64,000 bases of DNA, taken from NCBI GenBank assembly GCA_043800725.1, contig JAZDMR010000011.1:21369-85368 (forward strand), read 5' to 3'. Within the stretch, counting starts at the first letter, position 1. Every line of letters starts with the position of its first letter. A model generated the notes under the pieces. The model saw only the letters and a program-made list of their open reading frames with translations. It was not told the DNA's origin and did no database searches. Positions 8,693-19,020 of the stretch are shown piece after piece. The translations under genes were made by a program, and so were the position numbers. This stretch comes from a bacterium (GTDB lineage Bacteria > Patescibacteriota > Patescibacteriia > HK-STAS-PATE-3).

Positions 8693-10029
8693 TAGTTAAT
8701 TTTTACTTTTCGGATTGATGTTCTGATGGCGCAACCCACGAAATCATAGCGCTCGCGTAGCATTTTTTCAACAAAAGACAAATAGGATATATTTAAGTCT
8801 TCTTTGGGTCCGATGGTTATCAGAAACCTTGGCGGGGCAGTGCCGATTTGCTCCAACTTTCTGATTCGGGGGTATTTGGTACCTTTCCCGCGAGTCGGAG
8901 GATGGCGCTGGATAATGTCTTTTAGCAAGCGATTTAAGTCTGTTTGCTCGATCTGCCGTTGGTAATTAATCCAAGCAAAGCTGGCTTGAGTCAGTAGGTC
9001 GTGTACTCTGGTTTTATTGGTAGCAGAAGTAAAGACGATCGGTGCCCAGTTTAAAAAATTGAAAGTACTGATCAGGGCCAGCTGGTATTGTCTCAAGCTC
9101 TGAGCGTCTTTATTCGGGATCAGATCCCATTTATTAGCGGCGATAATGACACACTTATTTGCTTCCAGTATTTGATTAACAATTTCTCGGTCTTGAGCAG
9201 AAAGATTTTCACTCAGGTCCAATACCAAAATAACAACCTGGGCCAGACTAATAGCTAGCTGTGACATGCGGCTGCCTTCATATTCCAGCGAGCTGCGGAG
9301 GATTTTGGTTCTGCGCCGAAGGCCGGCGGTGTCGATCAAGATGTAGTCTTTATCTTTCCATTTAAAAGGAATTTCCAGGGCATCCCGGGTAGTGAAAGGT
9401 TCCGGGCTGACCAAAACTCTTTGGTCATTAAGAATACCATTTATCAGGGACGATTTGCCCACGTTTGGCTTCCCCACAAAAGCGATTTTTAGTCCGGTCG
9501 GCGGTTCAAATTTCTTTGATGATTTTTTAGCCAATTGCCCAACAATCACGTCCAGCAGATCGCCGCTGCTTCGGCCATTCATAGCAGAGACATAATTCGG
9601 TTCGCCAAATCCCAAACGCCCAACTTCTGGAGGCACTTGCCGCTGGGCATTAATATTTTCAATTTTATTAGCAACCAAGATAGCCGGGATTTTATTCTTG
9701 CGAAGCCAGCGGACGAATTCTTGATCTTCCTGGGTTAATTCCTGACGGCCATCAACCAGTAAAAGTACCAGGTCAGCCTGTTTAACGGTTTTTTCCGTTC
9801 GATCTCGGACAGCCCTTTCCATAACGTCGGATTTATTTACAGTCCAGCCGCCAGTGTCGATCAGGCCAAATGATTTGTCGCGCCATTCAATATAAGCTTG
9901 GTTACTGTCACGGGTAGTGCCGGCAATATTCGTAACAATGGCTTTTTGCGATTCAGTCAGACGATTAAACAAGCGTGATTTTCCCACGTTGGTTCTCCCG
10001 ACAATGGCTACTTGGGGGATCTTGGTCAT
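8692..10029 (-). CDS. der: Ribosome biogenesis GTPase Der (EngA)
   Basis: Two tandem G domains (GRTNVGKS, GKPNVGKS; DTGG/DTAG; NKIE/NKWD) plus KH-like tail. Confidence 0.97.
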   Translation of the reverse strand: MTKIPQVAIVGRTNVGKSRLFNRLTESQKAIVTNIAGTTRDSNQAYIEWRDKSFGLIDTGGWTVNKSDVMERAVRDRTEKTVKQADLVLLLVDGRQELTQEDQEFVRWLRKNKIPAILVANKIENINAQRQVPPEVGRLGFGEPNYVSAMNGRSSGDLLDVIVGQLAKKSSKKFEPPTGLKIAFVGKPNVGKSSLINGILNDQRVLVSPEPFTTRDALEIPFKWKDKDYILIDTAGLRRRTKILRSSLEYEGSRMSQLAISLAQVVILVLDLSENLSAQDREIVNQILEANKCVIIAANKWDLIPNKDAQSLRQYQLALISTFNFLNWAPIVFTSATNKTRVHDLLTQASFAWINYQRQIEQTDLNRLLKDIIQRHPPTRGKGTKYPRIRKLEQIGTAPPRFLITIGPKEDLNISYLSFVEKMLRERYDFVGCAIRTSIRKVKIN

Positions 10030-10038
10030 TATTTTACT

Positions 10039-11532
10039 TTAACCTGAAGAAATCTGATTTTGGAGAAGGCTGAGCTGGCTTTCATTGCCCAGGATCAATA
10101 AAAAGTCCGGCATAGAACCGCTTATAGAATCTACGTCCAAGCCCAGTGATTGGACAGTAAAGTCAGAGCTAGGCAGCGAATCTGGGGCAAGATAAAGCGG
10201 AACCGTGGCAGGTATTTGAGCGTCTGGATAAGCTCTTTTGAGAATATTAAGCATTTCCGGCCTAGTGCCGTTTGTGAAATCATAGATCAGTGTTGTCTGG
10301 TGGTCCCGCGCGGAAGCATTCTCATATCTAATCACTTCAAAACCAAGGTGTTCTAGCAATTGCGAAGTTTGACTGGCCAGACCGACTCGATTGGTTCCAT
10401 TTTGGACAATAATGCTGGCTGTCTCAGTTTTACTTTGGTTGACTTTAAAAATATTATTAGCGATTTCCTGAACTTCAGACCAATCATCCCAGCCAGCTTT
10501 AGGTCGCAGGATGTAGGCTCCATCAGGGGTTGAGTCGGCCATAAAGGGGCTTTCAATACCGCTATCCAAAACCACATTGTTTATTGTTTTGGTGTTAAAA
10601 TCTTCTATCAAAGAAGCCAACCGAAGAATTTCCCAAAGCTCTAAGTTGGTTCTGGTGTGAGCGCCTAAGTCATCCAGCACATCAGAAATTTTTACAGGAT
10701 TTAGCAGCGTGCCAAAGCTCATGGCCTTTTCCCTGATGCCCAAGAGCACTTGCTGCTGTCTTTTTGAGCGGTCGAAGTCAGAAGTGCTTTTTCGGGAGCG
10801 GACATATTTTAGAGCTTGGTCGCCGTCCATTTCTTGGACACCAGCCTGAAAGCCGATAGTTTGGTAGCCGTAATTTTCAGTGGGATAGAGGCTGTCGACA
10901 AATGATTTTTCTACATCAATGGTAATGCCTCCCAGGTCGTCAACAGTTTTTTCAAAACCGGAAAAATCAATCCTGGCGTAATATGAAATCGGCATATCAA
11001 GAATCTCACTGACAACTTCAGCAGTGAGCGATTCTCCTCCGCCTGGGTAGTCGTCAATTAAACCGAAGGCATTCGCATTGTTGATTTTGCGATAGTTGTA
11101 GCCCGGGATGGGTACGTATAAGTCACGAGGAATAGACAGCATAGCCAGCTGACCAGTGGACGGTTTGATGCTTACTAGAATAATTGTATCAGCTAAATAA
11201 GCGCCGTCGTGACCCTCGCCTCCGATGCCTAATAGTAATATGTTGATGCGGTCGCTAGACTCGCCCAATAGCGGTTGATCACGATTGGCAACCAGCTCGC
11301 TTAAATGTTGGAACAGGCTTAATGATTCTTCACCAATGGCTGGCTGGTTATTATTAGGGTCTATCACCCGGGAAAAAGTGGCAAAGCTTACTGAGAGGCC
11401 GACTAGGACCGTTAAACCGATAAAAAAGCTCTTATCAAAAAAGTGAGACTCCTTTACTGGGGCAGAAGGAGCTGTTTTACCTTGGGTTTTTTTAGGCGGT
11501 ATTTTTTTTGCCTTGGAAATCGTTTTAGTCAT
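10039..11532 (-). CDS. LCP (LytR-CpsA-Psr) family protein with LytR_C domain
   Basis: TM anchor, NILLLG, DTIIL, SIPRD, SDFDRSKRQQ; C-terminal VQNGT...GLA. Confidence 0.93.
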   Translation of the reverse strand: MTKTISKAKKIPPKKTQGKTAPSAPVKESHFFDKSFFIGLTVLVGLSVSFATFSRVIDPNNNQPAIGEESLSLFQHLSELVANRDQPLLGESSDRINILLLGIGGEGHDGAYLADTIILVSIKPSTGQLAMLSIPRDLYVPIPGYNYRKINNANAFGLIDDYPGGGESLTAEVVSEILDMPISYYARIDFSGFEKTVDDLGGITIDVEKSFVDSLYPTENYGYQTIGFQAGVQEMDGDQALKYVRSRKSTSDFDRSKRQQQVLLGIREKAMSFGTLLNPVKISDVLDDLGAHTRTNLELWEILRLASLIEDFNTKTINNVVLDSGIESPFMADSTPDGAYILRPKAGWDDWSEVQEIANNIFKVNQSKTETASIIVQNGTNRVGLASQTSQLLEHLGFEVIRYENASARDHQTTLIYDFTNGTRPEMLNILKRAYPDAQIPATVPLYLAPDSLPSSDFTVQSLGLDVDSISGSMPDFLLILGNESQLSLLQNQISSG

Positions 11533-11903
11533 GGATAATATTGCGTCTTAAGCTATCGTACGATGATAATACTTCCTCGTCAACGATGATTAGTTCAAGC
11601 GATGGATATTATTAATGGCGCAAAAAAGGAAATATATGACAATACGGCGTAATTATTGGTCGATATTATGAATATTAACCATGCTTAGGATGTTTTTAAA
11701 ATTACCAAAAAATCACTAAATATCAAAGAGAAAAGCAGAATATTATCAAAAAATAAGTAAAAACTTAGTATTTATCAAGAGTGATTTATTCTGAAATTAT
11801 CCATGATAAGCAAGGGATTGCCGCATAATCGATTGGTTGCTAGGGCCTGGTTTAGGATCCCCTAGAGCGGAGCGGCGGGCCGATTAGTGCTACAATACAA
11901 TTG

Positions 11904-12611
11904 ATGGAAAAAGTTAATGTTTCAATAATAGTGCCTTGTCGTAATGAGGCGTCAACAATTGAGCGGGAAGCAGAAAAGTGTTTCCAGGCTGTAAAGCCTT
12001 TAACCGAGCGTTTTGAATTTCTGGTTATAAATGATGCCAGCCAAGACGGTAGCGGGGAAATACTGGATCGGTTGGCCCGGAAACACACGGAGATGTCTGT
12101 TATTCATCATGAGAGAAGCAAAGGCATTGCCAGCACTTTGACTGAGCTTTATGATTGGGCATCTCAGGACTATGTTTTGAATTTCAGTTTTAACGGCGAA
12201 TGGGAGACTGATGATTTAGCCAAGATTATAAAAACCAGAGATCAGGCGGATATTATTGTGGGCAAGAGGCAGACCAGGCACTATTCTTTTTATCGGGCCA
12301 TTGTTTCCCAGATTTATAATGATTTTTCCAAAGCGATTTTCGGAGTAGCCACTTATGATGCGGGCAGTATCAAGTTATTTCCCCAGAAGGCACTAAAGTC
12401 TGCCCGGCCCAGGTCAAAAAGCAGATTTGCTGATGCTGAACGGATGATCTTAGCCGGCAAAATAGGCTATACTATCAAACCGATCCCGATCCAGAACTAT
12501 CCAGGCGGCAAACAGAATCGCTTCGGCAGTGGGCCCGGCGCGGTTCTCAAATCATTTATTGATATGATACGAATGTGGGCCAGGTTTTATATCCCCAGCC
12601 GCCCTCGCTAG
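11904..12611 (+). CDS. Glycosyltransferase family 2 (DPM-synthase-like, divergent)
   Basis: VSIIVPCRNE, VINDASQDGS; the usual DxD is not evident (FSFNGE). Confidence 0.85.
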   Translation: MEKVNVSIIVPCRNEASTIEREAEKCFQAVKPLTERFEFLVINDASQDGSGEILDRLARKHTEMSVIHHERSKGIASTLTELYDWASQDYVLNFSFNGEWETDDLAKIIKTRDQADIIVGKRQTRHYSFYRAIVSQIYNDFSKAIFGVATYDAGSIKLFPQKALKSARPRSKSRFADAERMILAGKIGYTIKPIPIQNYPGGKQNRFGSGPGAVLKSFIDMIRMWARFYIPSRPR

Positions 12612-12614
12612 CAT

Positions 12615-13109
12615 ATGAAAAATATTTATCTTACCCCCAAAGACATTAGCCAGTTTTCTGATCTGGTGGCCAAGCTGCGCCAGCAAAATTATTGGCTGCC
12701 GGAGCGGGCCTTTGAGCTGATGCATCGGGCCATGTCCTGGTGGGCGGCTGAGATCGTTATTATGCGGAAAGGCGGCAAAGAGGTGCTGTTGACTCTTTAC
12801 ACTGGCAAATATTTCAAGGGCCAATGGCACATCCCGGGCGGCTTCAGTATCCGCGATGAGTCGCTGGAACAGCATGTCGACAGAATTTCCCGGCGCGAGA
12901 TCGGCCAGAGTGTTAAGTTCAAGAAAGTATTGAGTACTTATAAATGGAAAGCAAATGAACACCCGATCGGCCGGCCCTTGTCCGTGTTTTGCCTGTGCCA
13001 GCCCGCCAAAAAGATTATAGAAACAGACGAGATGAAGTGGTTCCCGATCAAAAAGCTGCCCTCGACCATGATTGGGTGTCAGAAGCGGTTTTTGCAAACC
13101 CTGAAATAA
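12615..13109 (+). CDS. NUDIX-fold hydrolase (divergent)
   Basis: WHIPGG...ESLEQHVDRISRREIG Nudix-like box. Confidence 0.75.
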   Translation: MKNIYLTPKDISQFSDLVAKLRQQNYWLPERAFELMHRAMSWWAAEIVIMRKGGKEVLLTLYTGKYFKGQWHIPGGFSIRDESLEQHVDRISRREIGQSVKFKKVLSTYKWKANEHPIGRPLSVFCLCQPAKKIIETDEMKWFPIKKLPSTMIGCQKRFLQTLK

Positions 13110-13286
13110 AAACAAGACGGCGATTCTAGCTAATATCGAAAATGTCGTTAAGGTTAAGTGTTCACTTCTATCTTAACCCTTGTTCCATGGTAGTTAGAAT
13201 CGCCTTCTACATATGGGCGTTATATTCTCATTACAAATGCGACATAGGTTAGAATATTAGTAAACCTAATTACTAATCTAAGCCAT

Positions 13287-13790
13287 ATGTCGCATATAAA
13301 TGATTCTATCACCAAAATTAAGATTTGTTGGAGCCTGTATCAGAATGGAGTATCCCTGGAAAGGGTTCCAGATCAATTGGGCATTCATCGGGCGACTGTC
13401 TATCGGTGGATCTATGGGATTAAATTAAAAGGTATTAATAAGTTCATACAAGACTATCGGAACGCCAAGAAAGGCAGACGTCAGCCTCGAAAAACAGATC
13501 CTGTGATTAAGGCTCGTATTTATGCCATTCGTGACGAGTACAAGAGATGTTGTGGTGAAAAGATCCGTTTCATTCTCAAGCGTGATTACGATACTGCTAT
13601 TGGCACAGCAACCATCTACCGTATCTTAGGAGAAAAGTACCAATTACGAGGTAAATGGAAGAAATACAGCAAAAGAGGCTTTGTTAGAAAAGGCCTAAAA
13701 CCAAGGGAAGTTATTCAAACGGATACTGTTGATCTGGGTAGTCTCTATGCTTTCACCGCTATTGATACATTCACAAAAGAAGCCAGCTTT
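13287..13790 (+). mobile_element. Truncated DDE (IS481/IS3-like) transposase
   Basis: HTH (LGIHRATVYRW), GTATIYRIL, integrase core 'IQTDTV...FTAIDTFTK' breaking off into unrelated sequence; ATGCGACATA/TATGTCGCAT inverted repeat over the start. Confidence 0.75.
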
Positions 13791-14044
13791 ATGTTTTGCG
13801 TTCATTATGCATATGGTGATAAATGCGCCACATGGATATGTCGATGGGACTGTTCTGTTCTTTGTTAATCTGGGTTTTGGTGCAATTGGCTTGATTTTGG
13901 GGGCTGGGATTCGTTGGTTTATTTGGAGCGCTCCCTTTGCTCTCCTTGCTGAAATTAAACAGAGACGAAAAGTCAAGTAGCTTGTTAGCATGAACCTAGA
14001 GCAACACAGCCGTATGTTTTCCTGACTGGAGAATGTGCGGCTTT

Positions 14045-14581
14045 TTATTTTAATAGCTGCCAATTCATATACACATACGGCGGCTGGCCATATTTTTCCG
14101 GTAGGCCGTGTTTGCGATAATTAAATTGGATGTAGCGAAGGGTGTTGTAATAACGTTCTGGTGTATCAACAATGCGGAAGTTATATCTGGGTTGCCAGAT
14201 CCGGCCTTGGTGAATGGAACGGGAAAAGGTGCCTTTGATGGATTGCATTAAACCGGATATGTAGCGGTCATCACAGCGCGGCATACAGCGCACCTTAGAA
14301 AAAGTGCGCTGTGGGGATGGGGAAGATTGTGGGGGCGGGGAACACCATTCATTGTCACAGCGCAGTCTTTCCAGGCTGCGCTGGGGTTTTACCAGCAGGT
14401 GTAAATGATCCGGAAGAATGCAAAAAGCCAGCAAATCGAATTTCTTAAGATCGCAAGCGTTGAATATTATCTTATTCAACCGTCCTGCCATCTCCACATT
14501 TTCAAACACCCGCTGACGATACGTAGTCACTGCCGTAATAAAATACGGGTATTCGTTTTGGTAGATCAGACGCTGTGTCAC
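14045..14581 (-). mobile_element. REP-associated tyrosine (HUH Y1) transposase, RAYT/TnpA-REP
   Basis: YFITAVT, HUH motif PDHLHLL, WQPRY..RIV, YIQFN; internal palindromic insert. Confidence 0.88.
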
Positions 14582-14711
14582 AAAAAGGCGGCCTCCCTGG
14601 CCACCTCATGTCGATTGAATGTTATTCTATTGGTTTGGTTGCGTCAAGAAAAGACCGCTCCTTGCAAGAAGAAGCGGTCAGGGTGATGTACAGTAGATAA
14701 CCATAAGGCGC

Positions 14712-15050
14712 TTAGAAGACACGTGGCCGCATAACATGACCGCACTTATCGCACTTTTTAATAACCCGCTTACCTTCCCGGAAAGTTCTCTCAAGTATCA
14801 AAGGAAAGTAAGCATTGCAACGATTGCACGCATGACCGAGTCTTTGTATAGGCAGATCAAAAAAATTTGGTAGCTGTGGCTGTGGTTTCGGGATGACAAT
14901 GACTTCTTTTGAACCGAATGGCAGCCAGGTACGGTGTTCCTCAATCCAGTAACCAGTTCGTTTACCAGTTCCGCCTCCGCCTATTCCTCCATTTGGCATC
15001 TTGGGTGAAGCTGGCTTGTCTCCATTATGAGTTACGGGTTGTAATGGCAT
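14712..15050 (-). CDS. Hypothetical protein with two CxxC motifs (Zn-ribbon-like), stand-alone cassette
   Basis: CNRC and CDKC; SD AAGGGGG; promoter TTGACA-17-TAAGGT (15130..15102); terminator ~14646-14680. Confidence 0.65.
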   Translation of the reverse strand: MPLQPVTHNGDKPASPKMPNGGIGGGGTGKRTGYWIEEHRTWLPFGSKEVIVIPKPQPQLPNFFDLPIQRLGHACNRCNAYFPLILERTFREGKRVIKKCDKCGHVMRPRVF

Positions 15051-15173
15051 GTGACCCCCTTAGGTTTATGGCCAATTTTATCAAGAACAAATTTCGCGCT
15101 TACCTTAGTCTTTCAAAGCCGGATTGTCAATTCTGAAAGAAATATGCTTAGTTTGGTGTAATATAATAAGAGT

Positions 15174-15746
15174 ATGACTGATTACTCAAGTTTTCGCGAT
15201 GAGGAGCTGGTAGTCGTGATTCGCGATTCGAACCAAGAGCTCTACCGCCTGATCGTGGAGCGGTATGAAACAAAACTTCGCCGTTATGCGATGACTTTCT
15301 TGCGCGATTCTGACCGGGCTGAAGATGTTTTACAAAACGCGTTTATCAAGGCTTACATAAATTTGAAGGGCTTCAATACCAAGAAAAAGTTTTCCTCCTG
15401 GATTTACCGGATTGTTCACAACGAAGCCGTTAACGAGCTGAAAAAACACAAACAGGAAACATCCATGGAAGATGTGCCTGAGATAAAAAATATTCGTGAT
15501 AATGGTGAAGACATTCACAGCCAGGTGGAAAAGCAGGAGATGGCGGACATGCTTAAGAAAAATTTAAATCAGCTATCAATTAAATATCGCGAGCCCCTGG
15601 TGCTTTATTATTTAGAAGAGCGGGCCTATGAAGAAATCAGCGATATTCTGCGCCTGCCTATCGGCACGGTCGGCACCAGAATCAATCGGGGTAAAAAATT
15701 ATTAAGAGCTATTTATGAACGACAAACCCAAGCCAACCCTAGCTGA
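15174..15746 (+). CDS. ECF RNA polymerase sigma factor (SigW/RpoE-like)
   Basis: AEDVLQNAFIKAY, FSSWIYRI, YEEISDIL..PIGTVGTRINRG. Confidence 0.95.
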   Translation: MTDYSSFRDEELVVVIRDSNQELYRLIVERYETKLRRYAMTFLRDSDRAEDVLQNAFIKAYINLKGFNTKKKFSSWIYRIVHNEAVNELKKHKQETSMEDVPEIKNIRDNGEDIHSQVEKQEMADMLKKNLNQLSIKYREPLVLYYLEERAYEEISDILRLPIGTVGTRINRGKKLLRAIYERQTQANPS

Positions 15747-16458
15747 CAAGATCAGCCAAGAGATAACCGAGCAAAAAATTCACATGCGCTCAAAAACTTA
15801 TTTTGTGCTGGGCTCTTTGGCTTTAGGCGCTGGCTTGGCTGGCGTGTTTCTAATTACTATGTTTTTCATTGGAATTATCTTTTTCCGGCTAAGGGTTCAT
15901 GCGCCGCATGTTTATTTACGGCCGGATTTGGGGAGTCTTGGGCCTTTTATCCAGAACATGCCTTGGCTGCCTTTAATCGTTGCCGTGGTGGGATTGGGTT
16001 TAGGTATTTGGCTGCTTCATAAATATGAATTCAGTTATAAAAAAGCCTGGAAAGGAATAATGATTGGTTTTGTGGGAGCAGGGTTGGTGACTGGTTTTGT
16101 ACTAGACGCAACTGGCTTGCCTGACCAAGCCAGGGAGCTGGAGATTTTCCGGCCGCTGATCGAGCAAGATTTTTCCGGTGACCAATGGGTGCTTGGCAAG
16201 GTTAGTGAATTGGATGATGAGCAGATTACCATTGTTCAGCCCAATGGACAAACGGTGATCGTGCTCTATGATGACCAAACGGTTTTTCGGCCTCCGATTC
16301 AAGTTCAGCTAAATGAATTCGTTCGGGTAATCGGCGATTTGGAAGACGGAAAGTATCTGGCTGAAGATATTATCCATGGACAACCGCCGCGGGGAATACG
16401 CATCCGGGCGATTAATATCAACAGCTATAATTTAAGGCCGAGTAATTTCAATAAATGA
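15715..16458 (+). CDS. Membrane protein, putative anti-sigma factor
   Basis: Overlaps the ECF gene end; three TM segments plus a C-terminal beta-rich domain. Confidence 0.6.
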   Translation: MNDKPKPTLADKISQEITEQKIHMRSKTYFVLGSLALGAGLAGVFLITMFFIGIIFFRLRVHAPHVYLRPDLGSLGPFIQNMPWLPLIVAVVGLGLGIWLLHKYEFSYKKAWKGIMIGFVGAGLVTGFVLDATGLPDQARELEIFRPLIEQDFSGDQWVLGKVSELDDEQITIVQPNGQTVIVLYDDQTVFRPPIQVQLNEFVRVIGDLEDGKYLAEDIIHGQPPRGIRIRAININSYNLRPSNFNK

Positions 16459-16498
16459 AATAAAACGGCACATATTATTGTAGTGTTAGTATAAACAC

Positions 16499-17164
16499 AT
16501 GAATATCATAGAAACGAAAGAAATCAGCCGAGTATTTGAAGATCAGGGCAAACAAGTGGTCGCTTTAAACAAAGTGTCATTTAAACTCCCCCAAGGCGAG
16601 AGCTTGAGCGTGATCGGACCATCTGGTTCAGGTAAATCAACTTTGTTGCATATTTTAGGCGGATTGGACACTCCTTCCTCAGGTAAGATTTTAATTAATG
16701 GTAAAAATCCCAAGGAGTTGAATGATACGGAGCTATCAGGCTTTCGCAATTCCACAATTGGTTTTGTGTTTCAGTTTTTTTATTTGCAAGATTTTCTATC
16801 GGCTGAGGAAAATATCGCTTTACCTTTGCTGATTAAAGGCGTGTCAACTAAGGAAGCTAAGGAACGGGCCAAGGAATTGGTTATTCAAGTAGGTTTGGCA
16901 GAGCGCAGAGATCATACGCCTAATAAGTTATCTGGCGGTGAACAGCAAAGAGTGGCGATTGCTCGTGCCTTGGTTAACGATCCCAAGGTTATTTTGGCTG
17001 ATGAGCCAACCGGTAATCTGGACCAGGAAAACGCCGGCAGGATTTTTTCATTGTTAAAAGAAATTTCTGAAACAGGTGTCAGCGTAGTGGTGATTACTCA
17101 TGATCGTAATGTAACAAAGTATTTTCCAAAGACTTTTGAATTAACCAAGGGCCGGGCGAACTAA
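16499..17164 (+). CDS. ABC transporter ATP-binding protein (MacB/LolD-like)
   Basis: [31 protein letters not shown]. Confidence 0.96.
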   Translation: MNIIETKEISRVFEDQGKQVVALNKVSFKLPQGESLSVIGPSGSGKSTLLHILGGLDTPSSGKILINGKNPKELNDTELSGFRNSTIGFVFQFFYLQDFLSAEENIALPLLIKGVSTKEAKERAKELVIQVGLAERRDHTPNKLSGGEQQRVAIARALVNDPKVILADEPTGNLDQENAGRIFSLLKEISETGVSVVVITHDRNVTKYFPKTFELTKGRAN

Positions 17165-17165
17165 T

Positions 17166-19007
17166 ATGAAATTCGGCCAAGTATTTTCGTTAAATATTAA
17201 AAAGCTGAATAAACGCAAAGCCAAAGCGTCCTGGTTAATAATCCCGATCGCCGCTCTGGTTATGCTAAGCCTGCTGGTTTCGAGCCAAATAAAAAATATC
17301 CGGACCGCGGTTGATGAAAGCGTTTTCGGGACGGTAGATGAGCAGAATACTTTGATTAAACTTTCTAATAACCCCTTTACTCAAATTGGTCGAGGCCAGG
17401 GCTTTGGCGCTTTTAATATGGAGCAGCAAAATTATTCCGAGGCAGATATTGCGAATATTTCCGAGATAGCCAATGTTTCGCAGGCGGCTTTAGCTGTTGA
17501 GCTGCCGGTCAACCAAATAACTGCCGGCGGTTTGTTTGCTGGGACGGGTATCAACGTTCCTTTTGTGATCGGGTTAGACTCTGAATTCGCCAATTTGTAT
17601 ACCGATCAGAATTTTGCTTATATCCCAGGCCAGCCCGTGCCGATAATTCTCAATTCCCAGACTTTTACTCGGCTGACGGAAAATTGGGATGGACAAACCG
17701 AAATTACCATAGACTTCGATCCCGGAGATTTTCAGCGCGGAGGCGACCGTCAGGTAAGGGGGCGGATGTCCAGCGGACCGATTCAGTCGGAAATTATTGA
17801 TTATCAAAAAGATCAGCTGATCGGCAAAGAGATCACTCTTAGTTTTGGCGGCTTGGCAGACTTGCCAACCTATACGATTGAGCCGAATATCGGGGGAATG
17901 AAGTTTATTAAATATTCAGACGAGGAAATTGAGGCCAGCGCCAGCAGTCGTCGCGAAGCCATAGAGTCGTATTGGAATTACCAGGCGATTTCAGAGCCCT
18001 TAATCTATGATTTTCAAGTAGTGGGCGTAATTGAAGATCAGGGGGTACTCAATACTTATCTGCCGACTGAATTTGTTGCCACGGCAATGTCCGATTTGAC
18101 CGAACATCAACTGGCTGCCAGGACCGAAACGGAGATTCCCAGCGATGAATTAAACAATACTTTTACCGGTTTGCTGTTCGACGGTACAGAGCTGACTACT
18201 CAGGATGAATCCTTTGTTGGTCGGATACGGGGAGCGGCCGGAGCGGTCGCGCCAGGAGCCCGGATTGATTTTGGACAGGAGTCTGACAGTCAAACCAGCT
18301 ATGAAATTCCCGGACTGATTATTGAGACTGAACGGGTAAGCGATGAAGACAATTCTGTCAGCACGGGCGACGTGATTGGGTTATATACGTCAGCTGATGC
18401 GTATAATTTGGCGGCTCAGACCAGCGACACAGTATATATCAAAGTCGATTCGATCTTCAATCGGTCACAGGTGATTGATGACCTGAATGCGGCCGGCTAC
18501 ACTTATCAAGACTTAAGCGACCTGGACGTGTTTGATGAGCTGCAATCGACTTTGCAATGGGTGTCCAATATTACGATCATTGCTTTCATTTTCTTAAGCG
18601 TTATTATTATTATCTTTACCATGACCAAGTTTGTGTCTGAGTCGAAAAAGGAGATTGGTATTTATCGGGCCTTGGGCATGACCAAAGGGGGCATTAAGGC
18701 TTTATTCTCAGTCCAGGGATTGCTTTATACGGTAATTGGTTACCTAGTTGGCGGAGTATTGGGGTTATTGATTATGCCTCTGCTGGCTTCGCCGATTTAC
18801 AATTGGTTTGACGGCTTTCTTGAAAAAACAGTCCAAGAGTCGTTTAACGTGGTTAATACTGTTGACGTTGTTTTGTTCCGCACTGTCGACTGGTCCACCT
18901 TTGGTATTTATAGTGGTGTTCTGATTGTTATTGCTGTAATTACTGCCTTGATTCCTTCGAATCATGCGGCGAATATCGATCCAGTGGATGCGATCCGTAA
19001 TGAGTAA
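17166..19007 (+). CDS. ABC transporter permease (FtsX/MacB family)
   Basis: N-terminal TM, large extracytoplasmic loop, KEIGIYRALG, C-terminal AANIDPVDAIRNE. Confidence 0.9.
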   Translation: MKFGQVFSLNIKKLNKRKAKASWLIIPIAALVMLSLLVSSQIKNIRTAVDESVFGTVDEQNTLIKLSNNPFTQIGRGQGFGAFNMEQQNYSEADIANISEIANVSQAALAVELPVNQITAGGLFAGTGINVPFVIGLDSEFANLYTDQNFAYIPGQPVPIILNSQTFTRLTENWDGQTEITIDFDPGDFQRGGDRQVRGRMSSGPIQSEIIDYQKDQLIGKEITLSFGGLADLPTYTIEPNIGGMKFIKYSDEEIEASASSRREAIESYWNYQAISEPLIYDFQVVGVIEDQGVLNTYLPTEFVATAMSDLTEHQLAARTETEIPSDELNNTFTGLLFDGTELTTQDESFVGRIRGAAGAVAPGARIDFGQESDSQTSYEIPGLIIETERVSDEDNSVSTGDVIGLYTSADAYNLAAQTSDTVYIKVDSIFNRSQVIDDLNAAGYTYQDLSDLDVFDELQSTLQWVSNITIIAFIFLSVIIIIFTMTKFVSESKKEIGIYRALGMTKGGIKALFSVQGLLYTVIGYLVGGVLGLLIMPLLASPIYNWFDGFLEKTVQESFNVVNTVDVVLFRTVDWSTFGIYSGVLIVIAVITALIPSNHAANIDPVDAIRNE

Positions 19008-19020
19008 TTATTTATAAGGC

